Below, piece after piece: positions 55,947 to 64,000 of a stretch of 64,000 nt of DNA; positions within the stretch are counted from its first letter, which is position 1, and the number at the start of each line of letters is the position of its first letter. This DNA is from Syntrophales bacterium. Its GTDB lineage: Bacteria; Desulfobacterota; Syntrophia; Syntrophales; UBA6807. The position numbers and the translations under genes are program-made. The notes beneath the pieces are model-generated. The model saw only the letters and a list, made by a program, of their open reading frames with translations, was not told where the DNA came from and did no database searches. The DNA is taken from contig JAXGPA010000001.1 of the NCBI GenBank assembly GCA_040767195.1, forward strand, positions 512,001 through 576,000. Reading direction: 5' to 3'.

Positions 55947-57227
55947 CTACAAGGTTTTAACGGCCCGCCGGCACGCCTCCAGGGTCCGGTCCGTCTCCTC
56001 TGTCCCATGGGCAGTGGAAAGGAACGCCGCCTCGAACTGGGAGGGCGGGAAGAGGACGCCGTTTGCCGCCATGGCCCGAAAAAATCTTGAAAAGCGGGCC
56101 GTGTCGCTTTGGGAAGCCGTGGCAAAATCGCGGACGTCACCGGGCTGAAAGAAAATGGTGAACATGGAGCCCACCCGGTTGACCGCCACGGGAATCCCGC
56201 CTTCCTCGAAGATCCGGGACAGGTCACCGCACAGGCCCGCCGTTTTCCTTTCCAGGTCTTCATAGGGATTCTTTTCTTTCAGGATCTTCAGGACGGCAAG
56301 ACCGGCGGCGACGGCCAGGGGGTTTCCCGACAGGGTCCCCGCCTGGTAGACCGGGCCCGCCGGGGCGAGCATTTCCATGATTTCCCTTTTTCCTCCGAAG
56401 GCGCCCACGGGAAGCCCGCCGCCCACGATCTTGCCCAGGCAGGTCAGGTCGGGGGCAATGCCCGAAAGGGTCTGGCAGCCCCCGAAGGCCAGCCGGAACC
56501 CGGTGATCACCTCGTCAAATATGAGGACGATGCCCTTTGCCGCCGTGAGGTCCCTCAGGGATTCCAGAAATCCCGGCGCCGGGGGAACGACGCCCATGTT
56601 CCCCGCCACGGGCTCGACGATGACGGCGGCCACGGTGTCGCCCCGGCTTTCCAGGAAAGCCCGCACAGCCTCTTCGTCATTGTACGGCAGGGTGGCCGTC
56701 AACTCGGCGAACACCCGGGGAACCCCGGGGCTCCCGGGAATCCCGAAGGTGGCGAGCCCTGAGCCCGCCTTCGCCAGGAGGGCGTCGCCGTGGCCGTGAT
56801 AGCCTCCCTCGAACTTGACGATCCCGTCTCTCCCGGTGAAGGCCCGGGCCAGGCGGAGCGCCGACATGGTCGCCTCCGTCCCCGAACTGACGAGCCGCAC
56901 CTGGTCCATGGCCGGGAAGGCCGAAACGAGGATTTCCGCCATCTCCACCTCCCTTTCCGTGGGAAGGCCGTAGCTCGTCCCGTCGGCGGCGGCCCTCGTG
57001 ATCGCCTCGACCACCGCCGGGTGGGCATGGCCGAGAATGAGGGGACCCCACGAAGAAAGATAGTCCACGTAGGAATTCCCATCGCAATCGTACACCCGGG
57101 CCCCGCCGGCGCGGCGGATGAAGACGGGGTCGCCCCCGACGGCCCGGAAAGCCCGCACGGGGCTGTTCACCCCGCCGGGAATGACTTTTTCCGCCCTTTC
57201 AAACAGGGAAGCGCTCCGTTCTCTCAT
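55947..57227 (-). CDS. hemL: Glutamate-1-semialdehyde 2,1-aminomutase
   Basis: PGGVNSPVRAF, SGTEATMSA, FDEVITGFR, GKIVGGGLP, YQAGTLSGNP. Start set at MRERSASLF. Confidence 0.97.
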   Translation of the reverse strand: MRERSASLFERAEKVIPGGVNSPVRAFRAVGGDPVFIRRAGGARVYDCDGNSYVDYLSSWGPLILGHAHPAVVEAITRAAADGTSYGLPTEREVEMAEILVSAFPAMDQVRLVSSGTEATMSALRLARAFTGRDGIVKFEGGYHGHGDALLAKAGSGLATFGIPGSPGVPRVFAELTATLPYNDEEAVRAFLESRGDTVAAVIVEPVAGNMGVVPPAPGFLESLRDLTAAKGIVLIFDEVITGFRLAFGGCQTLSGIAPDLTCLGKIVGGGLPVGAFGGKREIMEMLAPAGPVYQAGTLSGNPLAVAAGLAVLKILKEKNPYEDLERKTAGLCGDLSRIFEEGGIPVAVNRVGSMFTIFFQPGDVRDFATASQSDTARFSRFFRAMAANGVLFPPSQFEAAFLSTAHGTEETDRTLEACRRAVKTL

Positions 57228-57685
57228 GGAAAATACCTCATGCTCGTTTTTTTGAATTCTCTCACCGTTTCCAGAATCCGGCAGTCTGCGACGCCGGTTC
57301 GGCGGGACATGGACGACACGATGTCCTTCACCGCCCTCCCCCGGCCGTGAACCATCGTGTAAAGGACATACCGTCCCTCGAAAGCGGGTGTTCTCTCGTA
57401 GCAGTGGCTCACCTCGGGAAAAGAGGCGAAGAGCCGCCCCACCTCTTCCCGCCTCTCCGGGGGGACCGCCCAGACGACCATGGCGTTTTCGCCGTACCCC
57501 GCCCGGCGGTGGCGCAGGACCGCCCCGAACTTTCGAAGGGTCCCCTCGTCCAGCCATTGGCGGACCGCCTCGAGGGCCTCCTTTTCCGAAAGCCCGGCCT
57601 CCGCCGCCAGGCGCTCGAAGGGTCTCTTGACGAGGGGGATGTCCCCCTGGATGCTCCCGGCCAGTTTTTTCCTCTTGACGTCCAT
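57224..57685 (-). CDS. ahbB: Siroheme decarboxylase subunit (AhbB/NirH-like, Lrp/AsnC fold)
   Basis: IQGDIPLVKRPF, LRHRRAGY, NAMVVW, VSHCYER, YTMVHG, EFKKTSMRYF. Confidence 0.85.
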   Translation of the reverse strand: MDVKRKKLAGSIQGDIPLVKRPFERLAAEAGLSEKEALEAVRQWLDEGTLRKFGAVLRHRRAGYGENAMVVWAVPPERREEVGRLFASFPEVSHCYERTPAFEGRYVLYTMVHGRGRAVKDIVSSMSRRTGVADCRILETVREFKKTSMRYFP

Positions 57686-57790
57686 TCCCTTCTTCCCGTT
57701 TTCGGCCGCCCCCGGTTCGCGGGCTCCGGTCCGCCTGCGACCTCCCAGGCCGAGTTGTTTTGACGAAGGGAATAACACGGGAAATAACTC

Positions 57791-57819
57791 TTGACAAATT
57801 CTTTTCGAATCGATAGATA
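57791..57819 (+). promoter_or_regulatory. sigma70-type promoter candidate for atpE
   Basis: TTGACA-N17-TAGATA. Confidence 0.45.
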
Positions 57820-57884
57820 GGGCACGCCGAAAGGAGGGCCGCGAAAAAGGCCCTCCCCGGGAAATTCAAGGAAAGGAGAGTAAA

Positions 57885-58259
57885 ATGAGAAAGTCTTTGA
57901 AAACCATTTCCATGGGGCTCCTCGTACTGGGCGTCCTCTTCCTCACCGCCTCGTTCGCCCTGGCCAGTGAAGGCGCGTCGGCAGACACGGCCGCCTACAC
58001 AAAGGCCATCGTCGTCGGCTGCGCCCTCATCGGTGCCGGTCTCGGCGTGGGTCTCGGCGCCATCGGTTCCGGTATGGGAATCGGGAACGCCGCCAGCGGT
58101 GGTTCGAGCGCCGTGGGCCGGAACCCCGACGCCCAGGGGAAAATCATGCTGACCATGCTCGTCGGTATGGCCATGGCCGAGTCCTGCGTTATCTACGCCC
58201 TCGTTATCGGTCTCGTCATCCTCTACGCCAACCCGCTTCTCAGCATCGTGACGGGCTAA
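57885..58259 (+). CDS. atpE: F0 ATP synthase subunit c with an N-terminal extension, stand-alone
   Basis: GxGxGxG helix, RNP loop, [19 protein letters not shown]. Confidence 0.95.
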   Translation: MRKSLKTISMGLLVLGVLFLTASFALASEGASADTAAYTKAIVVGCALIGAGLGVGLGAIGSGMGIGNAASGGSSAVGRNPDAQGKIMLTMLVGMAMAESCVIYALVIGLVILYANPLLSIVTG

Positions 58260-58282
58260 ACAGAACAACCGGACTCATAAGG

Positions 58283-58326
58283 AAAAAGAGGGAAAGCGAA
58301 TAAACCGTGTCTTTCCCTCTTTTTTT
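58283..58326 (+). terminator. Rho-independent terminator after atpE (possibly bidirectional)
   Basis: AAAAAGAGGGAAAG-N14-CTTTCCCTCTTTTT followed by further T. Confidence 0.8.
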
Positions 58327-58429
58327 GTGCCTGCCGCCCGCCGTCCGTCCCCTTACGAAGCCGCGCCGCGAAAGACGGCCCTGAAGGGACCTCCCGCTGA
58401 AGGCGGTACCGAAACAGGAAGGGGCCGGC

Positions 58430-58855
58430 CTAAGGCTCGGGGGCCCGGTTTTTCGACCGCATGGCCTTTTTCTCCGACTGCCTTTCCTTGAAGTCCCGGA
58501 CCTTTGCCTGGGCCCGCCTCGACCGCCGTCTCTTTTGCCGGCGGATCTTTTCCCGCTTCTCTTTTTCCGCCGCCACGGCACCGGCCTCACGGGCCTCCAG
58601 CCGGTCCAGGAGCAGCCGCCGGGCCAGAAACCGGTTCATGGCCTGAGACCGGGTTTCCTGGCACTTGACGGAAAGGCCCGTCGGCTCGTGGACGAGAAAA
58701 ACGCAGGTGGCCGACCGATTGACCTTCTGGCCCCCGGGGCCGGATGACCGGACAAAGGTTTCCCTGAAATCCTCCTCCCGGACACCCAGGGCGGCCATCC
58801 GGTTTTTCAGTTCCTCCTGTTTCCCCGGGGAAACGCTGAACTTGAAAGTCTTCAC
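58430..58855 (-). CDS. Peptide chain release factor-like (RF-1 domain, ArfB-like) protein
   Basis: FVRSSGPGGQKVN, CQETRSQAMNR, basic C-terminal tail. Confidence 0.9.
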   Translation of the reverse strand: MKTFKFSVSPGKQEELKNRMAALGVREEDFRETFVRSSGPGGQKVNRSATCVFLVHEPTGLSVKCQETRSQAMNRFLARRLLLDRLEAREAGAVAAEKEKREKIRRQKRRRSRRAQAKVRDFKERQSEKKAMRSKNRAPEP

Positions 58856-58963
58856 GGGGCCGCACCTCTTGACAGAAACGGGGAAATACCCCTATGAAAA
58901 AACGAGGCCCCCAAAGGACCCCAAAAACGCCCTTGATGGATCACTTCCGCGCCGCGGTGGAAA

Positions 58964-59968
58964 ATGCTCGTCCCTCAGCTCATAAACGACCCTTTCGGAG
59001 ACCCCGGTGTTTACCTGGAGCTGAAGCACCGCCGGGAGGCCTTTCTCCTCGACATGGGGGACCTCTCCCGGCTGTCCCCGAGAAAACTCCTGAAAGTGAG
59101 CCATGGTTTCATCAGCCACGCCCACATGGATCATTTCATCGGTTTCGACCATTTTCTGCGCATCTGCCTGGGCCGGGACCAGGACATTTCCCTTTTCGGC
59201 CCTCCCGGCTTCATGGCCCACGTGGAAAGCAAGTTCGGGGCCTATACCTGGAATCTCGTTGAAAATTACACGAACCGGCTCCGGTTCGCGGTCACCGAGG
59301 TGGGCGAATCCTACCGAAAATCAGCGCGGTACGAGTGCGGCCGCTCCTTTCGAAGAGAGAACTACAAGGAAAAGAAGCAGGGTCCTGGCTGTCTTGTCGA
59401 CAGGGACGACCTGTTCGTCCAAGGCGTCCTCCTGGACCACCAGGTCCCTTCCCTGGCCGTCTCCGTGGCGGAGAAACAGCACCTTCACATCAAAAAGAAC
59501 GTCCTCGACGCCATGAATCTTCCCGTGGGCCCCTGGCTCACGGAATTGAAGAAAAGCCTCCTCCGGAATGACCCCGATGACACGGAAATCACCGTCCGGG
59601 GGAAAAAGTCGGATCCCGCCGCCCCGAAGGTCCGCCTGTCCCTCGGCTATCTCCGGGACAGCGTCGTAGGGGTCTCGCCGGGCAAAAAAATCGCCTACGT
59701 GGCCGATGCCCTTTACAGCGAGGAAAACCGGAGAAAGATCGTCGAACTCGCTTCCGGCGCCACCGTTCTCATCATCGAGGCGCCTTTCCTCCAGGAAGAT
59801 CGGGAGCGCGCCTTCCAGAAATACCATCTCACGGCGGCCCAGGCGGGAAGCCTGGCCCGGGAGGCGGGGGCGGGACATCTCACGGTCTTTCACTTCTCCC
59901 CCATGTACCGCTCCCGGGAGGAGGAGCTGGTCCGGGAAGCCCGGGAAGCCTTCCGACATCCCGGATAG
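58964..59968 (+). CDS. Ribonuclease Z-like metallo-beta-lactamase
   Basis: HAHMDHFIG, KIAYVAD, KYHLT, FHFSPMY. Confidence 0.85.
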   Translation: MLVPQLINDPFGDPGVYLELKHRREAFLLDMGDLSRLSPRKLLKVSHGFISHAHMDHFIGFDHFLRICLGRDQDISLFGPPGFMAHVESKFGAYTWNLVENYTNRLRFAVTEVGESYRKSARYECGRSFRRENYKEKKQGPGCLVDRDDLFVQGVLLDHQVPSLAVSVAEKQHLHIKKNVLDAMNLPVGPWLTELKKSLLRNDPDDTEITVRGKKSDPAAPKVRLSLGYLRDSVVGVSPGKKIAYVADALYSEENRRKIVELASGATVLIIEAPFLQEDRERAFQKYHLTAAQAGSLAREAGAGHLTVFHFSPMYRSREEELVREAREAFRHPG

Positions 59969-60104
59969 GCCTCCCGCCACCCCTCTTTCCTTCACCGGAA
60001 CAGACCGATTCTTGAAAATTCATGTCCCGGCCACCCTGAAATCCAGGCCGATTCTCCGGGATAGTCCATAAGCAGGGCTCATCCCCGGCCCCGGTCCCCT
60101 TTGC

Positions 60105-60617
60105 CTATGCCCGTTCGACCTGGAACCCCTCGAGCTTAATGGCGACGGAGCGCTGAAGGAGATCGATGGACACGACAAAGAGGTTTTTTTTGTAATCCGT
60201 CGCCCGGACAACCCCCTCGATGCCCCGGAAGGGCCCGTCGATGATCCGGGCCCGTTCCCCCAGACGGGGATAGTGATGGGGAACGATTTCCACTTTTGAG
60301 TCGAGAATTCTCCGGATGGCGTCGATCTGGGCCTCCGGGACGGGGGACGGGACGGGGCTGCTTGGCTTGCCGAGGATCCGGACGACGCCGTGGGTTTTCA
60401 GGATGTCCACCTTGACGTCGTTTGTCAGGTCGTCCACGTACGTGAAAAGATACCCGGCAAAAAGGGGAATCAAGATCTTCTTTTTTCGGTCCCTGCGCCG
60501 GCTCCAGACCTCGATTTTCGGAAGATAAGTGGTATATTCCTTGAGCCGGAGGCCCTGGTCGGCCTTGTCCTCGTGGCGGCTTTTCGTGTAAAGGGCGTAC
60601 CAGGGCATGGCCGTCAC
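60105..60617 (-). CDS. UpxY/RfaH-like NusG-paralogue transcription antiterminator
   Basis: PWYALYTKSRHE, PLFAGYLF, KOW motif IIDGPFRGIEG. Confidence 0.88.
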   Translation of the reverse strand: MTAMPWYALYTKSRHEDKADQGLRLKEYTTYLPKIEVWSRRRDRKKKILIPLFAGYLFTYVDDLTNDVKVDILKTHGVVRILGKPSSPVPSPVPEAQIDAIRRILDSKVEIVPHHYPRLGERARIIDGPFRGIEGVVRATDYKKNLFVVSIDLLQRSVAIKLEGFQVERA

Positions 60618-61723
60618 GCCGGGCGTTCCAGGGGCCGGGCGTCCAGGACGACATCGTCCCCGTATCGGCGGACGGTCCGAAACCTTAAACGGACGGCGTC
60701 GTCCATGGTGAGAACCCCCAGGTCTCCCAAGGCCTCGATCCCCTTCCCCGCCAGTTTCGGGGCGACAATGACGAGGTACCTGTCGGCCTTTCCTTCCCGG
60801 ACAAAAGAGGTAATCACGGAACTTCCGCCCTCCACGAGAAGGGAACTGATCCCCCGCCCGGCGAGGACCGGCAGGGCGGCGGCCAGGTCGACGCCCCCCT
60901 GCCGGCCTTCGGGAAGGACCTCCACGGCCACTCCCCGATTCCGAAATTTCTCAAGTTTTTCCTCATCGTGCCCCGACGTGGTAAATAAAAGCGATTTCGC
61001 CTGTTCCTGATTCTGAAAAACATTTGCCGCGGGGGAAACGGACAGGGACGCGTCGAGAACGACCCGCAGGGGGTTTCGCCCCCGGACCAGGCGAACCCGC
61101 AGATCGGGGTCGTCCTTCAGGACCGTCCCCGCCCCGACGAGGATCCCGTCGTGAAGGCTCCGAAGCCGGTGGGCGTATTTCAGGGATGGCCCGGAGCTGA
61201 TCCACCGGGAGTGGCCCGTCGCCGTGGCGATCCGGCCATCCAGGGTCTGGGCGTATTTCACCGTGACAAAGGGCAGGCCCGTTTCCATGAATTTGAAGAA
61301 GGTTTCATTCAGGTCCCGGCATTCCCGTTCCAGGACGCCGACGGTGACGGAAACGCCCGCCTCCCGGAGCCGCCCGACGCTTCGCCCCGACACCCGGGGA
61401 TTGGGGTCGGCGGTACCGATGACGACCCTGGCCGGCTTCTCCCGGAGCACCCGGTCCACGCAGGGCGGTGTTTTCCCGTGGTGGAAACAGGGCTCCAGGG
61501 TTACATACAGGGTTGCCCCCGCCGGTGATTCGGTCGCCCTGTCGAAGGCGTTAATCTCCCCATGAGGCCCCCCGAACCGCTCATGGTATCCTTCGCCTAT
61601 AATCCGGTCTCCCTTCACGAGAATTGCCCCCACCATGGGGTTTGGGCTCACCTGTCCCGCGCCCCTGCGGGCCAGGCGAAGGGCTCTCTTCATAAAGGCA
61701 ATATCTTTATCGGTCATTTCCAT
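60614..61723 (-). CDS. ribD: Riboflavin biosynthesis deaminase/reductase
   Basis: PNPMVGA, HGE, TLEPCFHHGKTPPC, TLDGRIAT, LVEGG. Confidence 0.96.
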   Translation of the reverse strand: MEMTDKDIAFMKRALRLARRGAGQVSPNPMVGAILVKGDRIIGEGYHERFGGPHGEINAFDRATESPAGATLYVTLEPCFHHGKTPPCVDRVLREKPARVVIGTADPNPRVSGRSVGRLREAGVSVTVGVLERECRDLNETFFKFMETGLPFVTVKYAQTLDGRIATATGHSRWISSGPSLKYAHRLRSLHDGILVGAGTVLKDDPDLRVRLVRGRNPLRVVLDASLSVSPAANVFQNQEQAKSLLFTTSGHDEEKLEKFRNRGVAVEVLPEGRQGGVDLAAALPVLAGRGISSLLVEGGSSVITSFVREGKADRYLVIVAPKLAGKGIEALGDLGVLTMDDAVRLRFRTVRRYGDDVVLDARPLERPA

Positions 61724-61956
61724 TTCTTCGAAAATTCAGGAGAAGGCCATGTTCCCTCTATAACATAGAAAAGCTTATCCATGTATTTTTCTCTTGTCCC
61801 TCAGGTATTTGAATTCTAACAGCTCCACGGGAAAGGGAAAACCTTAATCGGCGGGCATCAACCTGCGCCGGCACTCTCAGAGACGAAAATATCCAGGACG
61901 TCTCATCTTACGTTCGAATCGGTGTTCCAAGATCTGTCGACGCAAGCCCAATGCTT

Positions 61957-63456
61957 TCATGTTGAAAAATCATATAGATAGACCGATGCACCGGGGGCCT
62001 TGTAGACATCTCTCAAGGTTGCCCTGTCACTTAGATTATGAATAATGAATTTTTCTTCATTCACGGGACACCAGAAGCAATTGTGAGAGATAATCACCCA
62101 GATCCGACCCTTGCCGGCATGTTTTTCAATATCAAGTATGTATTTTCCAGGGGCTTCTCTTGATCTTATTCCACCTACAGCCTCGTTCTCATCAAAACCG
62201 TATTTCCCGGCGTAAAAGGAAAAGGCCGGCCATGAACTGTAGTAAACATAGACCACATCACTCTGCGATCGTTCTTTCTGAACATGAGCAAGAACCGGTT
62301 TTATATGCTCTCTCATTTCGGGATTTTCAACACGTTGAGCGGCTAGCGCAACAGGATGCATGAATAGATAGATTACCAAAGGAACAAGGCACACCCACGA
62401 GGCCCACGGGTGTATTCTCTTCAGGAGAATCCTCACAGTCTCCAGGGCTTCCGCAATGAGAAGGTATATGACAGGCCCCAGGAAAAGAAGTAACCGTCCG
62501 CTGGCAGGATATTTACGAAAGGCTGAGGCAATGAGGACGGCAGCAAAGGGCACCACGAGAACCAGTCCAGCCGACTTTCTGCGATAGAAGAATGAGACAA
62601 CTCCAGCCGCAACAAGGAGGAAAATGAAAAAGGGCGGATTTGTCAGTCCGGCAGGATCTCTCAGAAAACCACAAAACACATTTATGAACCAGGAGAGATC
62701 CTCCCAGGGAGGCCAGGGCATAAAGGCATTTTTCCAGTAATTTAAAAGGCTTGAATTTGACGCCAGGGTTCTTAGAGACACAATATAAAGAAAAATGTAG
62801 CAAATGAACCATATCAGAAACGTCCACCCTGTCCACACCCATTGCTCTCTTTTTTTTGCAACGAAATCATTTACGATCAGTCCGATCCCGACGCCGGACA
62901 GGATGAACAAAGCCGGATGGGAAAAGAAAATGGACACGGTGCCGAAAGCACACAAAAACATATAATCAATTCGTCCTGCATCCTTTTCAAGACATTTTCC
63001 AGCAAGGAAAAGAAGCAGCAGGGTGAAGAAAACATCCGTGGAATACTGCTTGTTTTCAGATGCGTAATAAATCATTGGGCCGGACAGACTGAACAATCCG
63101 AGCGCAATGAGACCGCCGATACTGCCGACATATCGAAATGACACCCGGTACATCAGATACAGTGCCGCCAGTGACGCCATCACGGGAAAGATTCTCAGAA
63201 CAAAATCCTCGCCGCCGAAAGCTGTCACCATCGTTTTCTGAGCCAATAGAAAACCGATAGGGGCTCCCTGACTGTAATCCAGCGGACCAAGGAGATTCCC
63301 GAAAGACCGGTTAACGATGTTCAGGGCCAGCATTGCTTCATCGAGCCACAGAGACCGATTCGCCGCATACTGATTCAACCTGAGAAAAGCCCCTGCTATC
63401 ATAATTGCAAGAGCGGCGTATCGAGTGGCCTGATCTTTTATTCTCTCTCCTGTCAT
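61957..63456 (-). CDS. GT-C (ArnT/PMT-like) membrane glycosyltransferase
   Basis: RSLWLDEA, QGAPIGF, ENKQYSTD; many TM segments; AT-richer than the neighbouring genes. Confidence 0.8.
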   Translation of the reverse strand: MTGERIKDQATRYAALAIMIAGAFLRLNQYAANRSLWLDEAMLALNIVNRSFGNLLGPLDYSQGAPIGFLLAQKTMVTAFGGEDFVLRIFPVMASLAALYLMYRVSFRYVGSIGGLIALGLFSLSGPMIYYASENKQYSTDVFFTLLLLFLAGKCLEKDAGRIDYMFLCAFGTVSIFFSHPALFILSGVGIGLIVNDFVAKKREQWVWTGWTFLIWFICYIFLYIVSLRTLASNSSLLNYWKNAFMPWPPWEDLSWFINVFCGFLRDPAGLTNPPFFIFLLVAAGVVSFFYRRKSAGLVLVVPFAAVLIASAFRKYPASGRLLLFLGPVIYLLIAEALETVRILLKRIHPWASWVCLVPLVIYLFMHPVALAAQRVENPEMREHIKPVLAHVQKERSQSDVVYVYYSSWPAFSFYAGKYGFDENEAVGGIRSREAPGKYILDIEKHAGKGRIWVIISHNCFWCPVNEEKFIIHNLSDRATLRDVYKAPGASVYLYDFST

Positions 63457-64000
63457 AAGTACCTTTCCTCGTTAAATAAATATGCGAACATCAGATTGTA
63501 ACACGTGTGGGAATAGCGACCGGCGGAACGCGGAAAAAAGCAACATAAAGGCACTCAGAGTTCTCATTTTTAAAAACAAAAAAGATCAAATTTTGAGGAC
63601 GAAGAACCGGAAATCACATTTTTCCATTTTACGACATGACCAGCATAATCAGAATGTTTGCTCTTTCAAGAAATCATTACTCTCAAGGTCGTGGCTTCAT
63701 GGTGGTACTGAAAAATATATTAATCGAACAATTGGCCGCCCTTGTTCTTCCTGCAGTCACAATACCGGCTGTGGCTTGTAAAAAGAGAGGGTCCGAGAAG
63801 ACCAGCAGCATCTTAAACCGGATTCTACGGAAAATCGAAAACAATGCCTTCAATAAAGCCCGTCTCCCAGGAACTATATGAGAGATCGAGGGATCACAAG
63901 TGTTTTTTTTCTATTGAATGTGATAATGGGGCAGTTGGTTGTGGGCAGTTGCAGCCAATGCCAGTTCAGTGGAGGACAGATGATCGAAGGTGTTGTAGTA

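Noticed and set aside
57228..58268. Apparent 773-aa HemL fusion (ORF 55947..58268)
   Set aside because: The N-terminal extension is off-frame to ahbB and antisense to atpE; HemL homology starts at ATG 57227.
58430..58855. Link between the RF-like GGQ protein and UGA read-through in the locus
   Set aside because: ArfB-like proteins are widespread, codon-independent rescue factors, and nothing here ties this one to Sec insertion.
63482..64000. Short ORFs in the AT-rich right end
   Set aside because: No recognisable motifs or RBS, and a gene fragment cannot be distinguished from intergenic DNA.
1..64000. CRISPR arrays, tRNA/rRNA genes (including tRNA-Sec), transposases or integrases
   Set aside because: None recognised by eye or in the ORF track; tRNAscan-SE/Infernal would be needed to exclude small RNAs.

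Overview
GC-rich bacterial DNA, most likely Desulfobacterota/deltaproteobacterial (inferred from ahbB, an N-terminally extended atpE, a UshA-like selenoprotein and the T2SS gene style). About 55 kb (1-55650) is one minus-strand cell-envelope locus. It holds a complete type II secretion cluster (gspE-F-G-H-I-J-K-L-M-C-like-D); a periplasmic binding protein / histidine kinase / sigma54 response regulator / TonB-receptor module; many glycosylation genes (GT2, GT4, GT-C enzymes, Wzx, Wzm/Wzt, UbiA-type phosphoribosyltransferase, MBOAT plus SGNH-like partner); and several large secreted proteins. Main observations: (1) Two gene pairs split in the ORF track are single frames interrupted by an in-frame TGA followed by a SECIS-like hairpin. 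One is a UshA-like selenoprotein; the other is a ~903-aa nidogen-like surface protein with a C-G-T-U (CxxU) motif that I do not recognise as a described selenoprotein family. (2) A very Cys-rich candidate S-layer gene with its own sigma70 promoter and terminator carries one copy of a ~100-aa 'P-x(5-8)-W-x-T-x(5)-N' domain. Three neighbouring cargo proteins each carry four tandem copies, and one of them is a Phytophthora GP42-like transglutaminase. (3) Four sigma54 -24/-12 sites lie upstream of gspE and three secreted-protein genes. Together this looks like an undescribed T2SS-exported, glycosylated and possibly cross-linked, selenium-dependent surface-lattice system. The right end is mostly housekeeping (hemL, ahbB, stand-alone atpE, RF-like GGQ protein, RNase Z-like, UpxY/NusG paralogue, ribD) plus one further GT-C gene. 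No rRNA, tRNA, CRISPR array or mobile element was recognised. Several homopolymer frameshifts may be sequencing errors.
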